Shown here one piece after another: positions 20,037 to 33,109 of a stretch of 64,000 nt of DNA (its first letter is position 1; every line of letters begins with the position of its first letter). This DNA comes from Paracoccaceae bacterium (GTDB lineage Bacteria > Pseudomonadota > Alphaproteobacteria > JAPKNN01): the NCBI GenBank assembly GCA_040266715.1, contig JAPKNN010000004.1, positions 2,191-66,190 on the forward strand, written 5' to 3'. A model generated the notes under the pieces. That model was not told the origin of the DNA. It searched no databases and saw only the letters and a list, made by a program, of their open reading frames with translations. Position numbers and translations under genes: made by a program.

Positions 20037-20090
20037 TGCGTAAGAAGAGTATCTTATGCCTCTTACGCATTTAATTTTACGCATTTAATT
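20037..20090. repeat. Inverted repeat TGCGTAAGA/TCTTACGCA plus a 14-bp tandem repeat TTACGCATTTAATT x2
   Basis: Read directly in the ygfZ/pyrC divergent spacer. Confidence 0.8.
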
Positions 20091-20146
20091 CTACCATCCT
20101 CTCTATATATTGTTAGAATGGGTTACTTTGCATAAAGACGTGATAT

Positions 20147-21490
20147 ATGAATAGAGAATCAAACGCTACCACTTATGATTGCTATATCGCTGATGCTATA
20201 TTAGTAACAAATACAGAGCAACGTCAAGTTGATATTGGTATAAAAAATAATAAAATTGTTGCAATCCATACACCGCGATCTATCAGTACAATATCTGCTT
20301 CACATGTGATATCGGCGAAGGGCTTGCATGTGTTGCCTGGTGTCATTGACACGCAAGTTCATTTTAGAGATCCAGGACTTACCCATAAAGAGGATTTAGT
20401 AACGGGTAGTCTTGCCGCTGTAATGGGTGGTGTCACATCTGTTTTTGAAATGCCCAATACATCGCCACCAACAACAACGGTAGAATTGTTACAAGACAAA
20501 ATAGAACGTGCTACACATAATATGCACTGTGATTTTGCCTTCTATGCTGGGGCAACTGCCGACAATACACATCTTTTCAAAACATTTGAATCCATGATAG
20601 GTTGCGTTGGTATGAAGATTTTTGTTGGCTCATCAACTGGCACTTTGTTAGTGGATAATAAAGAACACCTAACACAGATTATCAAACATCTTAATAAACG
20701 AGCCGCGTTTCATTGCGAAGATGAAAGCCGTTTAAATGCACGTAAAAACCTCCAAGAAAAAGGGAACCCCTTTTCTCATACAATATGGCGCGATGAAGAG
20801 ACGGCTTACTTAGCGACACAAAGAGTCTTAGAAATCGCCCGCACCTATGATAAAAAAGTACATATTTTACATGTGTCAACAGGACAAGAAATTCCATTAC
20901 TAAAACAATATAGAGATGTTGCAAGTGTTGAAATGACGCCACAACATCTTACTTTACGCGCTGAAGAAGCCTATCAAAAAATAGGGACGTTCGCACAGAT
21001 GAACCCACCATTACGCGATGCCACCCATCAAAAAATATTGTGGCAAGCTATAAAGGATAATCTCACCGATATTATCGGCTCCGACCATGCTCCTCATACC
21101 AAAATCGAAAAACAACAACCCTATCCATCTTCTCCTTCTGGTATGCCAGGTGTACAAACTCTAGTTCCCGTAATGCTTAATCATGTTGCTCAAAAAAATC
21201 TCTCTTTAGAGCGTTTTGTACAATTAACGAGCACCAATATACACGCGCTTTTTAAGCTTGCTCATAAAGGAAAGGCTGAAATTGGATTTGATGCTGATTT
21301 TACTGTCGTAGATCTTAAACAAAAAACTTATCTTAACGATGCTGGTATGTATTCACGCTGCGGGTGGACACCTTTTCATGGTATGACGTGCCAAGGTAAA
21401 GTTATAGGAACAATAATAAGGGGTAAACAAATTATGTGGGAAGATACACTTTTAACCCCTAATCAAGGACTTCCCATTCTTTTTAAATAA
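20147..21490 (+). CDS. pyrC: Dihydroorotase
   Basis: IDTQVHFRDPG, EMPNT.P, KIFVGSSTG, QMNPPLR, GSDHAPH. Confidence 0.9.
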   Translation: MNRESNATTYDCYIADAILVTNTEQRQVDIGIKNNKIVAIHTPRSISTISASHVISAKGLHVLPGVIDTQVHFRDPGLTHKEDLVTGSLAAVMGGVTSVFEMPNTSPPTTTVELLQDKIERATHNMHCDFAFYAGATADNTHLFKTFESMIGCVGMKIFVGSSTGTLLVDNKEHLTQIIKHLNKRAAFHCEDESRLNARKNLQEKGNPFSHTIWRDEETAYLATQRVLEIARTYDKKVHILHVSTGQEIPLLKQYRDVASVEMTPQHLTLRAEEAYQKIGTFAQMNPPLRDATHQKILWQAIKDNLTDIIGSDHAPHTKIEKQQPYPSSPSGMPGVQTLVPVMLNHVAQKNLSLERFVQLTSTNIHALFKLAHKGKAEIGFDADFTVVDLKQKTYLNDAGMYSRCGWTPFHGMTCQGKVIGTIIRGKQIMWEDTLLTPNQGLPILFK

Positions 21491-21652
21491 CGATTTTTTT
21501 TATTTAGGTAAAAAACGCTATAAAATATCTTGTCTTTTTTATAGATTGTGAATTACAGCATTTAAAAATGTTTTGTAGTTGCTATTTATAGTCTTTTTGC
21601 GATATAATGACCATTCTGTTATTATATATAATATTATTTTATAGGTCGCAAA

Positions 21653-22795
21653 ATGTTTGTAGAAATTGAGAGAGGCTTGCTTTTACGTGCTTTAGCGCAA
21701 GTTTATGGCGTTGTACAAAAGCGTAATACAATGCCTGTTTTGGGACATGTTTTGTTAGAAGCACAAGATGCTTGTTTGCGTTTGCGTACAACAGACCTTG
21801 ATAGTGATGTTGTCATAGAAATTGCAGCGGATGTCAAAACTAATGGCAGCACAAGTGTTGCAGCGCACCTCATGCATGATATTGTCAGAAAATTGCCAGA
21901 AGGTGAGCAGATTAATTTGGCTTTGAGTGAAGATAATAATACACTGTTATTAACCACCCCTTATAGTTCTTTTAACTTTTTAGCAATACATGCAGAGGAT
22001 TTTCCACACTATCCTGAAGGTATGCATGATGGGAAAGCATTTGAATTTAGTCTGGAATCAGAAAGCCTCAGACGCATGATAGAAAAAACGCGCTTTGCTA
22101 TACTTGATGATTCTACGCGTTATTATCTTAATGGTATCTATTTACATCCTGATGCCGACCTTCTCTATGCCGTTGCAACAGATGGTCATCGATTATCTGC
22201 CTGTCACACAAGCTTGCCACTTGGGGCGAAGGATATGCCTGGTGTTATCATTCCTAAAAAATGTGTGGATGAAATATGGAAACTCACTGACGGGTTACAG
22301 CAATCAATTCACATCAAGCTTACTGAAAATATTATTCAGTTTACCTTTAATAATGTGCAATTCTTATCTAAACTCGTGAATGGTACTTTTCCTAATTATA
22401 AAGCAATTATTCCGCAAGACAATGCATTGTTGGCCCATATACCTGTTGTACAATTTGCACAAGTCGTTGATAGAATTGGAACTATTTCAGCCGAAAAAAC
22501 ACGTGCCGTAAAATTACATTTTTCAGATCAAAAGCTACTCGTTAGTGCATCAAATACGCAAGGAAATACGGGAATATACGGAACTGGTGCCAGCCAAGCA
22601 CAAGAAACCATGACAATAGATTATCAAGGCGATACAATTGATATAGGATTTAATGCTAAATACCTGCTTGATATTGCTGATGCCATTGCAGTTGAGGATA
22701 TGCTTTTTTATATGAAGGACGCCAACTCACCTGCTCTCATTAAAAGTAAGCATGCCGATGATATTTTTTATGTAATCATGCCCATGCGCGTCTGA
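21653..22795 (+). CDS. dnaN: DNA polymerase III beta clamp
   Basis: TRYYLNGIY, VATDGHRL, GTFPNY, IGFNAKY, C-terminal VIMPMRV. Confidence 0.97.
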   Translation: MFVEIERGLLLRALAQVYGVVQKRNTMPVLGHVLLEAQDACLRLRTTDLDSDVVIEIAADVKTNGSTSVAAHLMHDIVRKLPEGEQINLALSEDNNTLLLTTPYSSFNFLAIHAEDFPHYPEGMHDGKAFEFSLESESLRRMIEKTRFAILDDSTRYYLNGIYLHPDADLLYAVATDGHRLSACHTSLPLGAKDMPGVIIPKKCVDEIWKLTDGLQQSIHIKLTENIIQFTFNNVQFLSKLVNGTFPNYKAIIPQDNALLAHIPVVQFAQVVDRIGTISAEKTRAVKLHFSDQKLLVSASNTQGNTGIYGTGASQAQETMTIDYQGDTIDIGFNAKYLLDIADAIAVEDMLFYMKDANSPALIKSKHADDIFYVIMPMRV

Positions 22796-22858
22796 GAGTA
22801 GGTCATAGAATTCCATTTAAAAAACCCTGTATTAGAAATTTTATATAATGTAACAGCT

Positions 22859-24115
22859 TTGTTTTTTCACCCGCCGTCAGAGAAATCCGTGCAATCTCCA
22901 CCCAATAGTATATCTACTTATACACAACCGCATTTTTGCATTAACAAATGTGATTTTCATATGTTTCGTAACTATACGAAACTAAGTGTATCTTTACATG
23001 ATGGCATAAATGTTGTGTATGGTGATAATGGCGCAGGTAAAAGTAATTTTTTGGAAGGTATATCTCTTTTTGCACCCGGTAAAGGGTTAAGAGAAGAAAA
23101 TATTAAAAATTTTTTATTTCAGGAGAAAGAACATTTTCGTCTTTCTACATCTGTTGAAGGTCCTTTGGGTTTAACACGGCTGGTAGCGTTTTCTGAAGAT
23201 ACATTAAGTCAAAATTCTTATACCCCATTATCAAATTCTGAAAATTCGAAACAGAAAATACAACGCCTTTTCTTACGTGATGGGCAGCCCATGAGGCGTA
23301 TTCAAAACATTGTTGCCGATATAAGGCAAGTATGGATAGGAACCTATATTGAGCGCCTTATCGGTGGAAATAATCAGCAAAAAAGAAAGTTTCTTGACCG
23401 CATGATTGCTTTTTTTTATCCCACTTACAACACGCATATTACACGTTATGAAAAATTATTACGCATGCGTCTGCACTGTCTATATAATCCACATAATTAT
23501 CACAATACGTGGCTTACAAGTATTGAGCGACAAATTGCCGAAAACGCTGTTGCCATTGCCGCTACACGCTGTGAATTTGTTGATAAATTTAATCGTGAAA
23601 GTAAAATATTTCAACATAACGGAGCCTTGGGTCATATACTTCCAAGACTTAAAATTATGTTGGATGGATTTGTAGAGAATAGCCTACAAGAGTGTAGCGC
23701 CTCTGATACCGAAGACATGTTTATGGCATATTTATCACAGCATAGAGATGCACACAAATATAGTAACCGCATGGATAGAGGAATACATCTTAGTGTTATT
23801 GATTTTTTTAACTGCGATAAAAATATGCTTGCCAGCCTAACATCGACAGGTGAGAAAAAAATATTGGGCATAGCTCTAGCCTTCATTCAACTTCATCTTA
23901 TGCGACAATTATCTTATAATTATATGCCTATCCTTTTATTTGATGAGGTATCTGCGCATCTTGATAAAAATCACCGTTTTCTTGTTTTTGAAGAACTAAA
24001 AAGGCTTAATGTGCAGGCCATTCTTACGGCAACTCAACGCGAAACATTCGAAGAGCTCAACAATGATGCCCTATTTTTTCATTGCCATAACGCACGTATT
24101 ACACCAGAATATTAA
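22859..24115 (+). CDS. recF: DNA replication/repair protein RecF (start uncertain)
   Basis: FRNY, GDNGAGKSN, RKFLDR, STGEKK, LLFDEVSAHLD; lies between dnaN and gyrB. Confidence 0.9.
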   Translation: MFFHPPSEKSVQSPPNSISTYTQPHFCINKCDFHMFRNYTKLSVSLHDGINVVYGDNGAGKSNFLEGISLFAPGKGLREENIKNFLFQEKEHFRLSTSVEGPLGLTRLVAFSEDTLSQNSYTPLSNSENSKQKIQRLFLRDGQPMRRIQNIVADIRQVWIGTYIERLIGGNNQQKRKFLDRMIAFFYPTYNTHITRYEKLLRMRLHCLYNPHNYHNTWLTSIERQIAENAVAIAATRCEFVDKFNRESKIFQHNGALGHILPRLKIMLDGFVENSLQECSASDTEDMFMAYLSQHRDAHKYSNRMDRGIHLSVIDFFNCDKNMLASLTSTGEKKILGIALAFIQLHLMRQLSYNYMPILLFDEVSAHLDKNHRFLVFEELKRLNVQAILTATQRETFEELNNDALFFHCHNARITPEY

Positions 24116-26542
<2,427 letters not shown>

Positions 26543-26556
26543 CCCATCTATTGTTA

Positions 26557-27324
26557 TCATGTTTTTCGTCTTGGACGCAAAATATGTACATGCTCTTTAT
26601 CATAAAGAGCTGATGTGTTAAACTTTTGTTCTTCAGCAAGGGACGGACCTATCAAAATAAGAACTGTCCGTGTCAATTTATATTGTCGAGCTATTTTACG
26701 TAACTCGCATAGATGTCCTTTAACTATCATCTCATCCGACCAACCTACCCTGCTGGCAATAACAACAGGACAATTTTCTCCGTAATAGGGAATAAGCTCG
26801 CGCATAATATATTCGGTATTTCTAATAGACAAATGTATCGCTAAAAGGGCACCTGTCTTAGCAAAATTTTCTAAAGTCTCGCCCTCTGGCATTGCAGAAG
26901 ATTGCATAGATGTTCGTGTTAATATGATACTCTGACAAATATCTGGAAGTGTTAATTCTTGTCCTAATCTTGCTGCCGTTGCCGAAACACTTGATACACC
27001 TGGAATAATTTTATATTCAATATTACGTTTTTTAAGCTCCACAATTTGTTCCGCAATAGCACCATATAAAGAAACATCCCCAGAATGAATACGTGCAACG
27101 TCCCAATCATTTTGTTTAGCTTTTTCAAAATAATTGACTATTTCCTCCAAATTAAGAGGAGCTGTGTCTATTATCATAGACGCATTTTGTGCCTGTTTAA
27201 TGATTGTATCAGGAACAAGCGACCCAGCGTATAGACACATAGGTGCTTGTGCTATCACTTTTTGTCCTGCAATGGTAAGCAGATCAGGATCTCCTGGCCC
27301 TGCGCCTATAAAATATACTTTCAT
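26557..27324 (-). CDS. cobM: Precorrin-4 C11-methyltransferase
   Basis: FIGAGPGDPDLLT, YAGSLV, RIHSGD, AIAEQI, LYD motif. Confidence 0.93.
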   Translation of the reverse strand: MKVYFIGAGPGDPDLLTIAGQKVIAQAPMCLYAGSLVPDTIIKQAQNASMIIDTAPLNLEEIVNYFEKAKQNDWDVARIHSGDVSLYGAIAEQIVELKKRNIEYKIIPGVSSVSATAARLGQELTLPDICQSIILTRTSMQSSAMPEGETLENFAKTGALLAIHLSIRNTEYIMRELIPYYGENCPVVIASRVGWSDEMIVKGHLCELRKIARQYKLTRTVLILIGPSLAEEQKFNTSALYDKEHVHILRPRRKT

Positions 27325-27327
27325 AAT

Positions 27328-29175
27328 TCATCCTGATTTTTTGTTTTCATAACCTCTTGGCGTATACGCATATTGTTGGGAATAACCCAAAGACAATAAT
27401 TGTGACTGACTGTTTCCTATAATAACGATTGTTAACATATCAACCATTCGCTCTTCAAAATCATTCAATTGTATACACACGACTTTTTCATCATTTCTGC
27501 CAAGTTGTCGTGCAACGATTATAACACAATCCTCACCTCTTACTTCTTTTGTTCTATCAATGACATAGCGAAATAGCTCATGGCGCTTTTGTGAAACGGG
27601 ATTGTATAAGGCCATCACAAAATCTGCCTCCAATGCCATATCAATGCGTCTTTTTATAATTTCCGTCGGCGTTAACAAATCCGATAAAGAAATTGCACAA
27701 AAATCATGTCCCAAAGGTGCACCTGCCCGTGCCGCTGCTGCTTGCATGGCACTAATACCAGGTATAATCTGTATTGCTATCTGTGCCGCGTTAGCGGGTA
27801 AGGCCTTATTTGTATGGAGTTCTTCAAAAACAAGACTCGCCATTGCATAAATTCCTGCATCGCCCGAACATATAAGGCCAACATTTTTGCCCTGCGCGGC
27901 AAGTGTTATGGCGTGGCGTACTCTTTCTTGTTCCTGTCCTAGGCTAAATTTATGTAGCGTACGCCCTGTATGATACGCTTGTAGAAAAGATAAGTAAAAT
28001 TCATAACCAACTAAATCAGTTGTGTCTTCTATAACATTTATACATTCAATACTTCTCCAGTCATGAGAACCTGGTCCTATACCAATAACAGACAACCTTC
28101 CTTGCAAAACCATATCGGAGATAGATGCAAAATCTACAGGTTCATGACTTTCAACACAGGCCATCGTGCCAATAGCTTTGATTTTCTTTTTTGGTTGGAT
28201 AAGTTTTCCTTTTGCATTACAAGCAGCAAATGCTGCAGCTTCTGCAACACCATAGCAACCCACTTCTTCAAATACTATATCACTTTTTTCAGATAGTCTT
28301 TCCGTCTCCATGAGTAACCTTTCGGCTGAAAAAAATCCTACCTGGCATTTATAGTGTTGGGCTAAGGCATGTAGGCATTTTTCATCCGCTTTTACGTTAA
28401 TAGAAAAAATGCCCGCTATAGTATGCGGATGAAAAGAATGTTCGTGTAAAAAGGCATCTATCACTTCAATAAAGGGCTCTAAAGAAGCAAAGCGAACAGC
28501 GCCTATACCTATACATAATCTTTTGGCACGATAAACAAGTGTTGTATCATTCGTTTTTACGCGTGTATCTTGTGATATAATTAATGCTAACGATGCGGAT
28601 GAATTATGCTGCAACGCACTTTCCTTTAACCAGTTAATATTTTTATCTATACAGGCTTGCTTTTCATTATTGGCTAATGATAATGGCTTCACAGCTTTTT
28701 TAGGACTATCAAGCACGTAACCGATGGGAGGTTCATCTAAAGCCACGCCAATAATATCTTCACTGGCATCCGTATGAACAATTGGAGCCCCAAGAATGAT
28801 AGACAATTTTTCACTTATATTGCGTGCTCCGTGATGTGCCCCTAACAAGGGTACAATATAATCTCCTCTTATTGAAACAACAATCACAGGTGGTGCTATC
28901 ATTTTTTGCTGTAAAACAGGAGCAAGACTACGAATAACAATACCTGTTGCCGCTATAACAATGAGTGGGGTCCTCTGACTATATACATCTTGTAAAAGTG
29001 TAGAAAAATGTTGATACCTTATAGCCTGCGCATAAGATGAATCATGTTTTTTATTGATGTATAAGCTGGCTTGAGGCCAAACCATAGCTATTTGTTCAGC
29101 CAGAGGTATCGCAACTTGTGAGACAGCAACGATAGCAGGGCGGGACAAGATAATATCTGCTGAATGATCAGTCAT
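27328..29175 (-). CDS. cobJ: CbiG-CobJ (CbiH) fusion, precorrin-3B C17-methyltransferase
   Basis: N-terminal CbiG (ATGIVIR, VPLLGAHHGA, GVAEAAA); C-terminal GIGPG, SGDAGIYAMA, GAPLGHDFCAISLSDLLTP, TPRGY. Confidence 0.9.
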   Translation of the reverse strand: MTDHSADIILSRPAIVAVSQVAIPLAEQIAMVWPQASLYINKKHDSSYAQAIRYQHFSTLLQDVYSQRTPLIVIAATGIVIRSLAPVLQQKMIAPPVIVVSIRGDYIVPLLGAHHGARNISEKLSIILGAPIVHTDASEDIIGVALDEPPIGYVLDSPKKAVKPLSLANNEKQACIDKNINWLKESALQHNSSASLALIISQDTRVKTNDTTLVYRAKRLCIGIGAVRFASLEPFIEVIDAFLHEHSFHPHTIAGIFSINVKADEKCLHALAQHYKCQVGFFSAERLLMETERLSEKSDIVFEEVGCYGVAEAAAFAACNAKGKLIQPKKKIKAIGTMACVESHEPVDFASISDMVLQGRLSVIGIGPGSHDWRSIECINVIEDTTDLVGYEFYLSFLQAYHTGRTLHKFSLGQEQERVRHAITLAAQGKNVGLICSGDAGIYAMASLVFEELHTNKALPANAAQIAIQIIPGISAMQAAAARAGAPLGHDFCAISLSDLLTPTEIIKRRIDMALEADFVMALYNPVSQKRHELFRYVIDRTKEVRGEDCVIIVARQLGRNDEKVVCIQLNDFEERMVDMLTIVIIGNSQSQLLSLGYSQQYAYTPRGYENKKSG

Positions 29176-29890
29176 GATTTTTTACAATATCCTTAACTAA
29201 AATCAATGAGAAATATGGAATGTAATCAGTATCACATTCATTTAAACGACATATTTTTTCGTCTTTAAATCCAATTCTTTCTGCATAATAGGCCTGATCC
29301 AGTAATTGCATTGCTTCTAATAATGCATATATACGCTTAAAATGCCGTCCCAATTTTATAATAACTGCATTATTTGTTAACATTAAGTGGGTCTCTATGG
29401 TTTTTTCGGATAGCATAGCAGGTATAATTGTGATCGTTTCTTCCTTACGGGCAAGTGATTGCCCAAATACCGCTCCAGCTGCGCAAATTGATGGTACACC
29501 TGGTACAATCTCAACTTGACATAATTCAGACACTGCATCGTAAATATATGAAAAAGAACCATAGAATAGGGGATCGCCCTCACATAATATAACAACATGT
29601 AATCCTTCTTGAGCCGCCGATATAATACGCTTTACATAAGGTTCATAGGTCTTTAAGCGTGTATAACTATCCTCATCCATAGGAATTTCAATACATATTT
29701 CTTGACATGTTGTCGGTATATATTGATCTGCTATAGAGCGGACAATACTGGGGACATCTTTTGAAGCTGGATATACAACAATATCTGCCCTTTGTAAAAA
29801 TCGTAAGGCTTTCAATGTTATTAATTCGGGATCACCTGGTCCAAGACCAATACCGTAAATGATGGGTTTTTTATCTATTTTACTCTTCAT
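29168..29890 (-). CDS. cobI: Precorrin-2 C20-methyltransferase
   Basis: GIGLGPGDPELITLKA, EGDPLFYGSF, PYFSLI. Confidence 0.92.
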   Translation of the reverse strand: MKSKIDKKPIIYGIGLGPGDPELITLKALRFLQRADIVVYPASKDVPSIVRSIADQYIPTTCQEICIEIPMDEDSYTRLKTYEPYVKRIISAAQEGLHVVILCEGDPLFYGSFSYIYDAVSELCQVEIVPGVPSICAAGAVFGQSLARKEETITIIPAMLSEKTIETHLMLTNNAVIIKLGRHFKRIYALLEAMQLLDQAYYAERIGFKDEKICRLNECDTDYIPYFSLILVKDIVKNHD

Positions 29891-31146
29891 GACATATTTT
29901 CCTGTGTACTACATGTTGAAAAACACCATTGTGTAACAGTCATAGCTGGTCGGAATGCCGAAAAATTACCTATTGTATCACTATGTGATAATTGTATCTT
30001 TTTTAATTTTCCACCCCTTTTAAGAAATAATTGCATAAGAATGTGTTCGCTTTGTATTGTCACAGCATGCGCAACTATACGCCCCTTTTGGGCAGGTAAA
30101 AAACATATAATTCTTTCCATATTTTCAACGCTGTCTATACCTCCACCGACAAAAATAATATCGGGTTTTTCTAGCGTATCACATACATCCATTATGTGTG
30201 CTTTTTTTACCTCAAGACGATTATGGCAACCAAAATAACGTGCATTATGGAGAATGTTTTGAACATTATCTTTATTTTTTTCAATACAAATCGCTCTCAT
30301 ATCTTTAACAATACGCAATACATCTATCGCAACAGAACCTGCCCCTGCTCCTACATCCCACAACAGCATGCGCGGTTGAGGTTCTAATTGTGCAAGAGCC
30401 ATTGCGCGTACTTCTTGGCGTGTAATTTTTCCATCATGCCTCCAGTGGTGAGAGGCAATACCTGATAAGGGAGGTAAATATTTATCTGTATCAAGCAAAT
30501 GACACTCTATTGCAATTACATTAAAATCGGCTATATCATCCACAGAAATCGATTCATGATAGCTATATACACGCTCATTCTCATATCCCATATACTCTAG
30601 AATCGTAATGGCATTATTACTGTATCCCCTTGCTTGCAAAAATTTATAAACATCGTGGGGAGTGTGTTTGTTATGAGAAAGAATTAACATTTTCTGATTT
30701 GGTAAAAGATGTAAACTAAGAGTCTCTATATCTCTGCCATGTAAACTCACACACACACATTCTGCCAATGGCCATAATAGGCGAGAAGCGGCTAGGGTAA
30801 AAGCACTTAATTGTGGAATTACATATATATCTTCAACCTTAAAATACTTGATCAAGGTGCTTCCAATGCCAAAATGCATGGGATCACCGGTTGCAAGAAT
30901 TACAAATGTATTTTCTGGATTACATTTTTTATACTCCTTTATCTGCTCAATAATTGTTATAAAGGGCGTTGGATATGTCCAACTCTTTTGCGTTTCTTTT
31001 AGACTAATACTCATCAAATAGCGCTGCGGACCAATAATAACATCCGCATTTGCAATAATGTTTTTTGCTTCTTCTGATAAAGCCTTTATACCACCACCTG
31101 TCATGCCAAGAACAAAAAGCCACGGATTATGTAAATGATTATGCAT
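29887..31146 (-). CDS. cobL: Precorrin-6Y C5,15-methyltransferase (CbiE-CbiT)
   Basis: LATGDPMHFGIG, SLHGR, WDVGAGAGSVA, FVGGG; ATG at 31146 overlaps the end of cobH. Confidence 0.9.
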   Translation of the reverse strand: MHNHLHNPWLFVLGMTGGGIKALSEEAKNIIANADVIIGPQRYLMSISLKETQKSWTYPTPFITIIEQIKEYKKCNPENTFVILATGDPMHFGIGSTLIKYFKVEDIYVIPQLSAFTLAASRLLWPLAECVCVSLHGRDIETLSLHLLPNQKMLILSHNKHTPHDVYKFLQARGYSNNAITILEYMGYENERVYSYHESISVDDIADFNVIAIECHLLDTDKYLPPLSGIASHHWRHDGKITRQEVRAMALAQLEPQPRMLLWDVGAGAGSVAIDVLRIVKDMRAICIEKNKDNVQNILHNARYFGCHNRLEVKKAHIMDVCDTLEKPDIIFVGGGIDSVENMERIICFLPAQKGRIVAHAVTIQSEHILMQLFLKRGGKLKKIQLSHSDTIGNFSAFRPAMTVTQWCFSTCSTQENMS

Positions 31147-31792
31147 TATCACCCCTTGTTTCATTTTGGGTTAGTAATAATAATGCATTGACCACGGCCG
31201 CAGCCATCGCACTTCCGCCATGGCGCCCGTGTAACGTAAAATATGCAGGGACATGCGGATGATCTTGTAAGGCTGCTTTTGATTCAGCTGCACCTACAAA
31301 TCCGACTGGAAGGCCAATGATAACAGCTGGAGATAAGGAGGTGTCTGACATCATCTCTAGTAAATGAAAAAGAGCTGTGGGTGCGTTTCCGATTACCACT
31401 ATCGCTCCCTTCAGATAGGGTTTCCACAACTCTACTGCTGCGGCAGAGCGTGTCGTTTTTAAACGTATTGCCAAGCTATCAACCTGCGGATCGTTAAGTG
31501 TACATATGACAGATTGTTTTTTAGGTAATAGATTCTTACTAATACCCACTTTAACCATTTCACAATCAACGAGTATAGGAACTTGTTTGCAAAACGCTTT
31601 TTTAGACTCACTTTCAAAATTCTTTTGAAAATCTATCTTATTTACGTGTTCTGGCTCCGCACTGGCGTGAATAACGCGTTGTATTATTGCTTTCATTCCT
31701 TGTGTATAGGAAGTTAAGTCCGCCGACTGAGAAACTCGCTTAAAAGATAAATCATAGATTTCTGATGGATTCTTTAAATATGCGTATCTCAT
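31139..31792 (-). CDS. cobH: Precorrin-8X methylmutase
   Basis: TTRSAAAVELW, IGNAPTALF, PVGFVGAAESK, GGSAMAAAVVNAL. Confidence 0.94.
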   Translation of the reverse strand: MRYAYLKNPSEIYDLSFKRVSQSADLTSYTQGMKAIIQRVIHASAEPEHVNKIDFQKNFESESKKAFCKQVPILVDCEMVKVGISKNLLPKKQSVICTLNDPQVDSLAIRLKTTRSAAAVELWKPYLKGAIVVIGNAPTALFHLLEMMSDTSLSPAVIIGLPVGFVGAAESKAALQDHPHVPAYFTLHGRHGGSAMAAAVVNALLLLTQNETRGDNA

Positions 31793-31809
31793 CTGGAATA
31801 TCGTAGGCG

Positions 31810-32820
31810 CTATTTTTTACTTGTTTTCATAGATTTTGGTCCTAAGGGATGGTCCGCATGCGGATAGGGATGGTGATGTGAGTGTTCATGAGAATTGCTA
31901 TGGTGGTGTGAATGTTCATGTCCTGTTTCTATACCCTCAACATGGTGATGATGACTCTCCTGAGCCAAACCAACCTCAGCTTCAAAACCTAATACCTGTT
32001 CACGATATTTACACAATTGACAATTCATTTTGTTATCGCCTGCCTCAATTTCTTGTATACGTTCAACAAGTGTATCTATCACTAATGGATGATCGCTAAG
32101 GTATGGAATTTTTATAAAATCAATATGCGGATATCTTTCGGCAACTTTATCGGTGTAATCGTATATGCGTTTAATCAATATGCCTGTAAACAAAAAATAT
32201 GGGAAAACAACAATCCTTTTAAAACCGAGCTTTGCACAATGTTCAAGGCAGGGTTCTACCAGTGGAAAAGTAACCCCTGAATAACCTGTTTCACCCCATC
32301 CATATCCTAAACCTTCCCACAACATCCGCGTGATTTTGTTAACATTACTATTGGCATCAGGATCAGATGAACCACGACCAATTACAACCAATAACGTTTC
32401 ATTCGCTTTAAAATCTACAATGCTGTCGGTAATAGATTTGATACGATGTGCTGCGGCACGTATCATTTTATTATCAATCCCTAATTCCCTACCATAGCGA
32501 ATTTTTATATCAGCTTTTTTATTAGCTGCGTATTGATTGAGTACGCTAGGTATATCATTCTTAGCATGTCCTGCTGCAAATAACATTGCTGGTACAGCTA
32601 ATATATCGGTTACACCTTGTTGCACAAGATCATCTAAACCCTGTCTAATAATCGGGCGAGCAAACTCTAAATAACCATAGGCAACTTTTACAGGTGCCAA
32701 ACGGTTACTTATTAAGTCAGCCAAATTCGCAAATTGTAAAACGGCATCTTTGTCGCGACTGCCATGTCCGCAGATCATGATACCTTGATTGTCTTTATAT
32801 GTAGAATTGCCATCTATCAT
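31810..32820 (-). CDS. cbiX: Sirohydrochlorin cobaltochelatase, long CbiX with His-rich tail
   Basis: CGHGSR, GYLEFA.P, AAGHAKNDIP, GRGSSDPDAN, MNCQLC (MxCxxC Fe-S motif), C-terminal His-rich stretch. Confidence 0.9.
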   Translation of the reverse strand: MIDGNSTYKDNQGIMICGHGSRDKDAVLQFANLADLISNRLAPVKVAYGYLEFARPIIRQGLDDLVQQGVTDILAVPAMLFAAGHAKNDIPSVLNQYAANKKADIKIRYGRELGIDNKMIRAAAHRIKSITDSIVDFKANETLLVVIGRGSSDPDANSNVNKITRMLWEGLGYGWGETGYSGVTFPLVEPCLEHCAKLGFKRIVVFPYFLFTGILIKRIYDYTDKVAERYPHIDFIKIPYLSDHPLVIDTLVERIQEIEAGDNKMNCQLCKYREQVLGFEAEVGLAQESHHHHVEGIETGHEHSHHHSNSHEHSHHHPYPHADHPLGPKSMKTSKK

Positions 32821-33103
32821 ATTGTTACCACTCCCTTCTTCGCTATGTATCTTGCATACAAATCTAACTTTGTATGCTATTTTGCTATTTCTAATCTATG
32901 CACAAAACCAATCAAAGAAAAGATCTTGTGGCATTTGCTCTATTATTGTGTCGGGAGCTTGATAGTTTAAAACAAAGACACTCGATTTGAGTCTGCCCCG
33001 TTTATATGTTATCGCCTTTGATATAACATTGTGCATCAATAATACATATCGTTGAAATACATAACAACCATGCAGAAGTTTCTATATAAAAGACACTACC
33101 GAT
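32821..33103 (-). ncRNA. Candidate structured cis-regulatory leader of the cbiX operon
   Basis: Several hairpins, a three-way junction and mutually exclusive pairings between a near-consensus promoter and the cbiX RBS (see findings); no canonical B12 box. Confidence 0.4.
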
Positions 33104-33109
33104 GTGCAT

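Noticed and set aside
21491-21652. Possible oriC upstream of dnaN
   Set aside because: AT-rich, but no DnaA boxes and no dnaA or hemE context
31860-31955. CAT/CAC-rich repeat-like DNA
   Set aside because: Explained by the His-rich tail of CbiX
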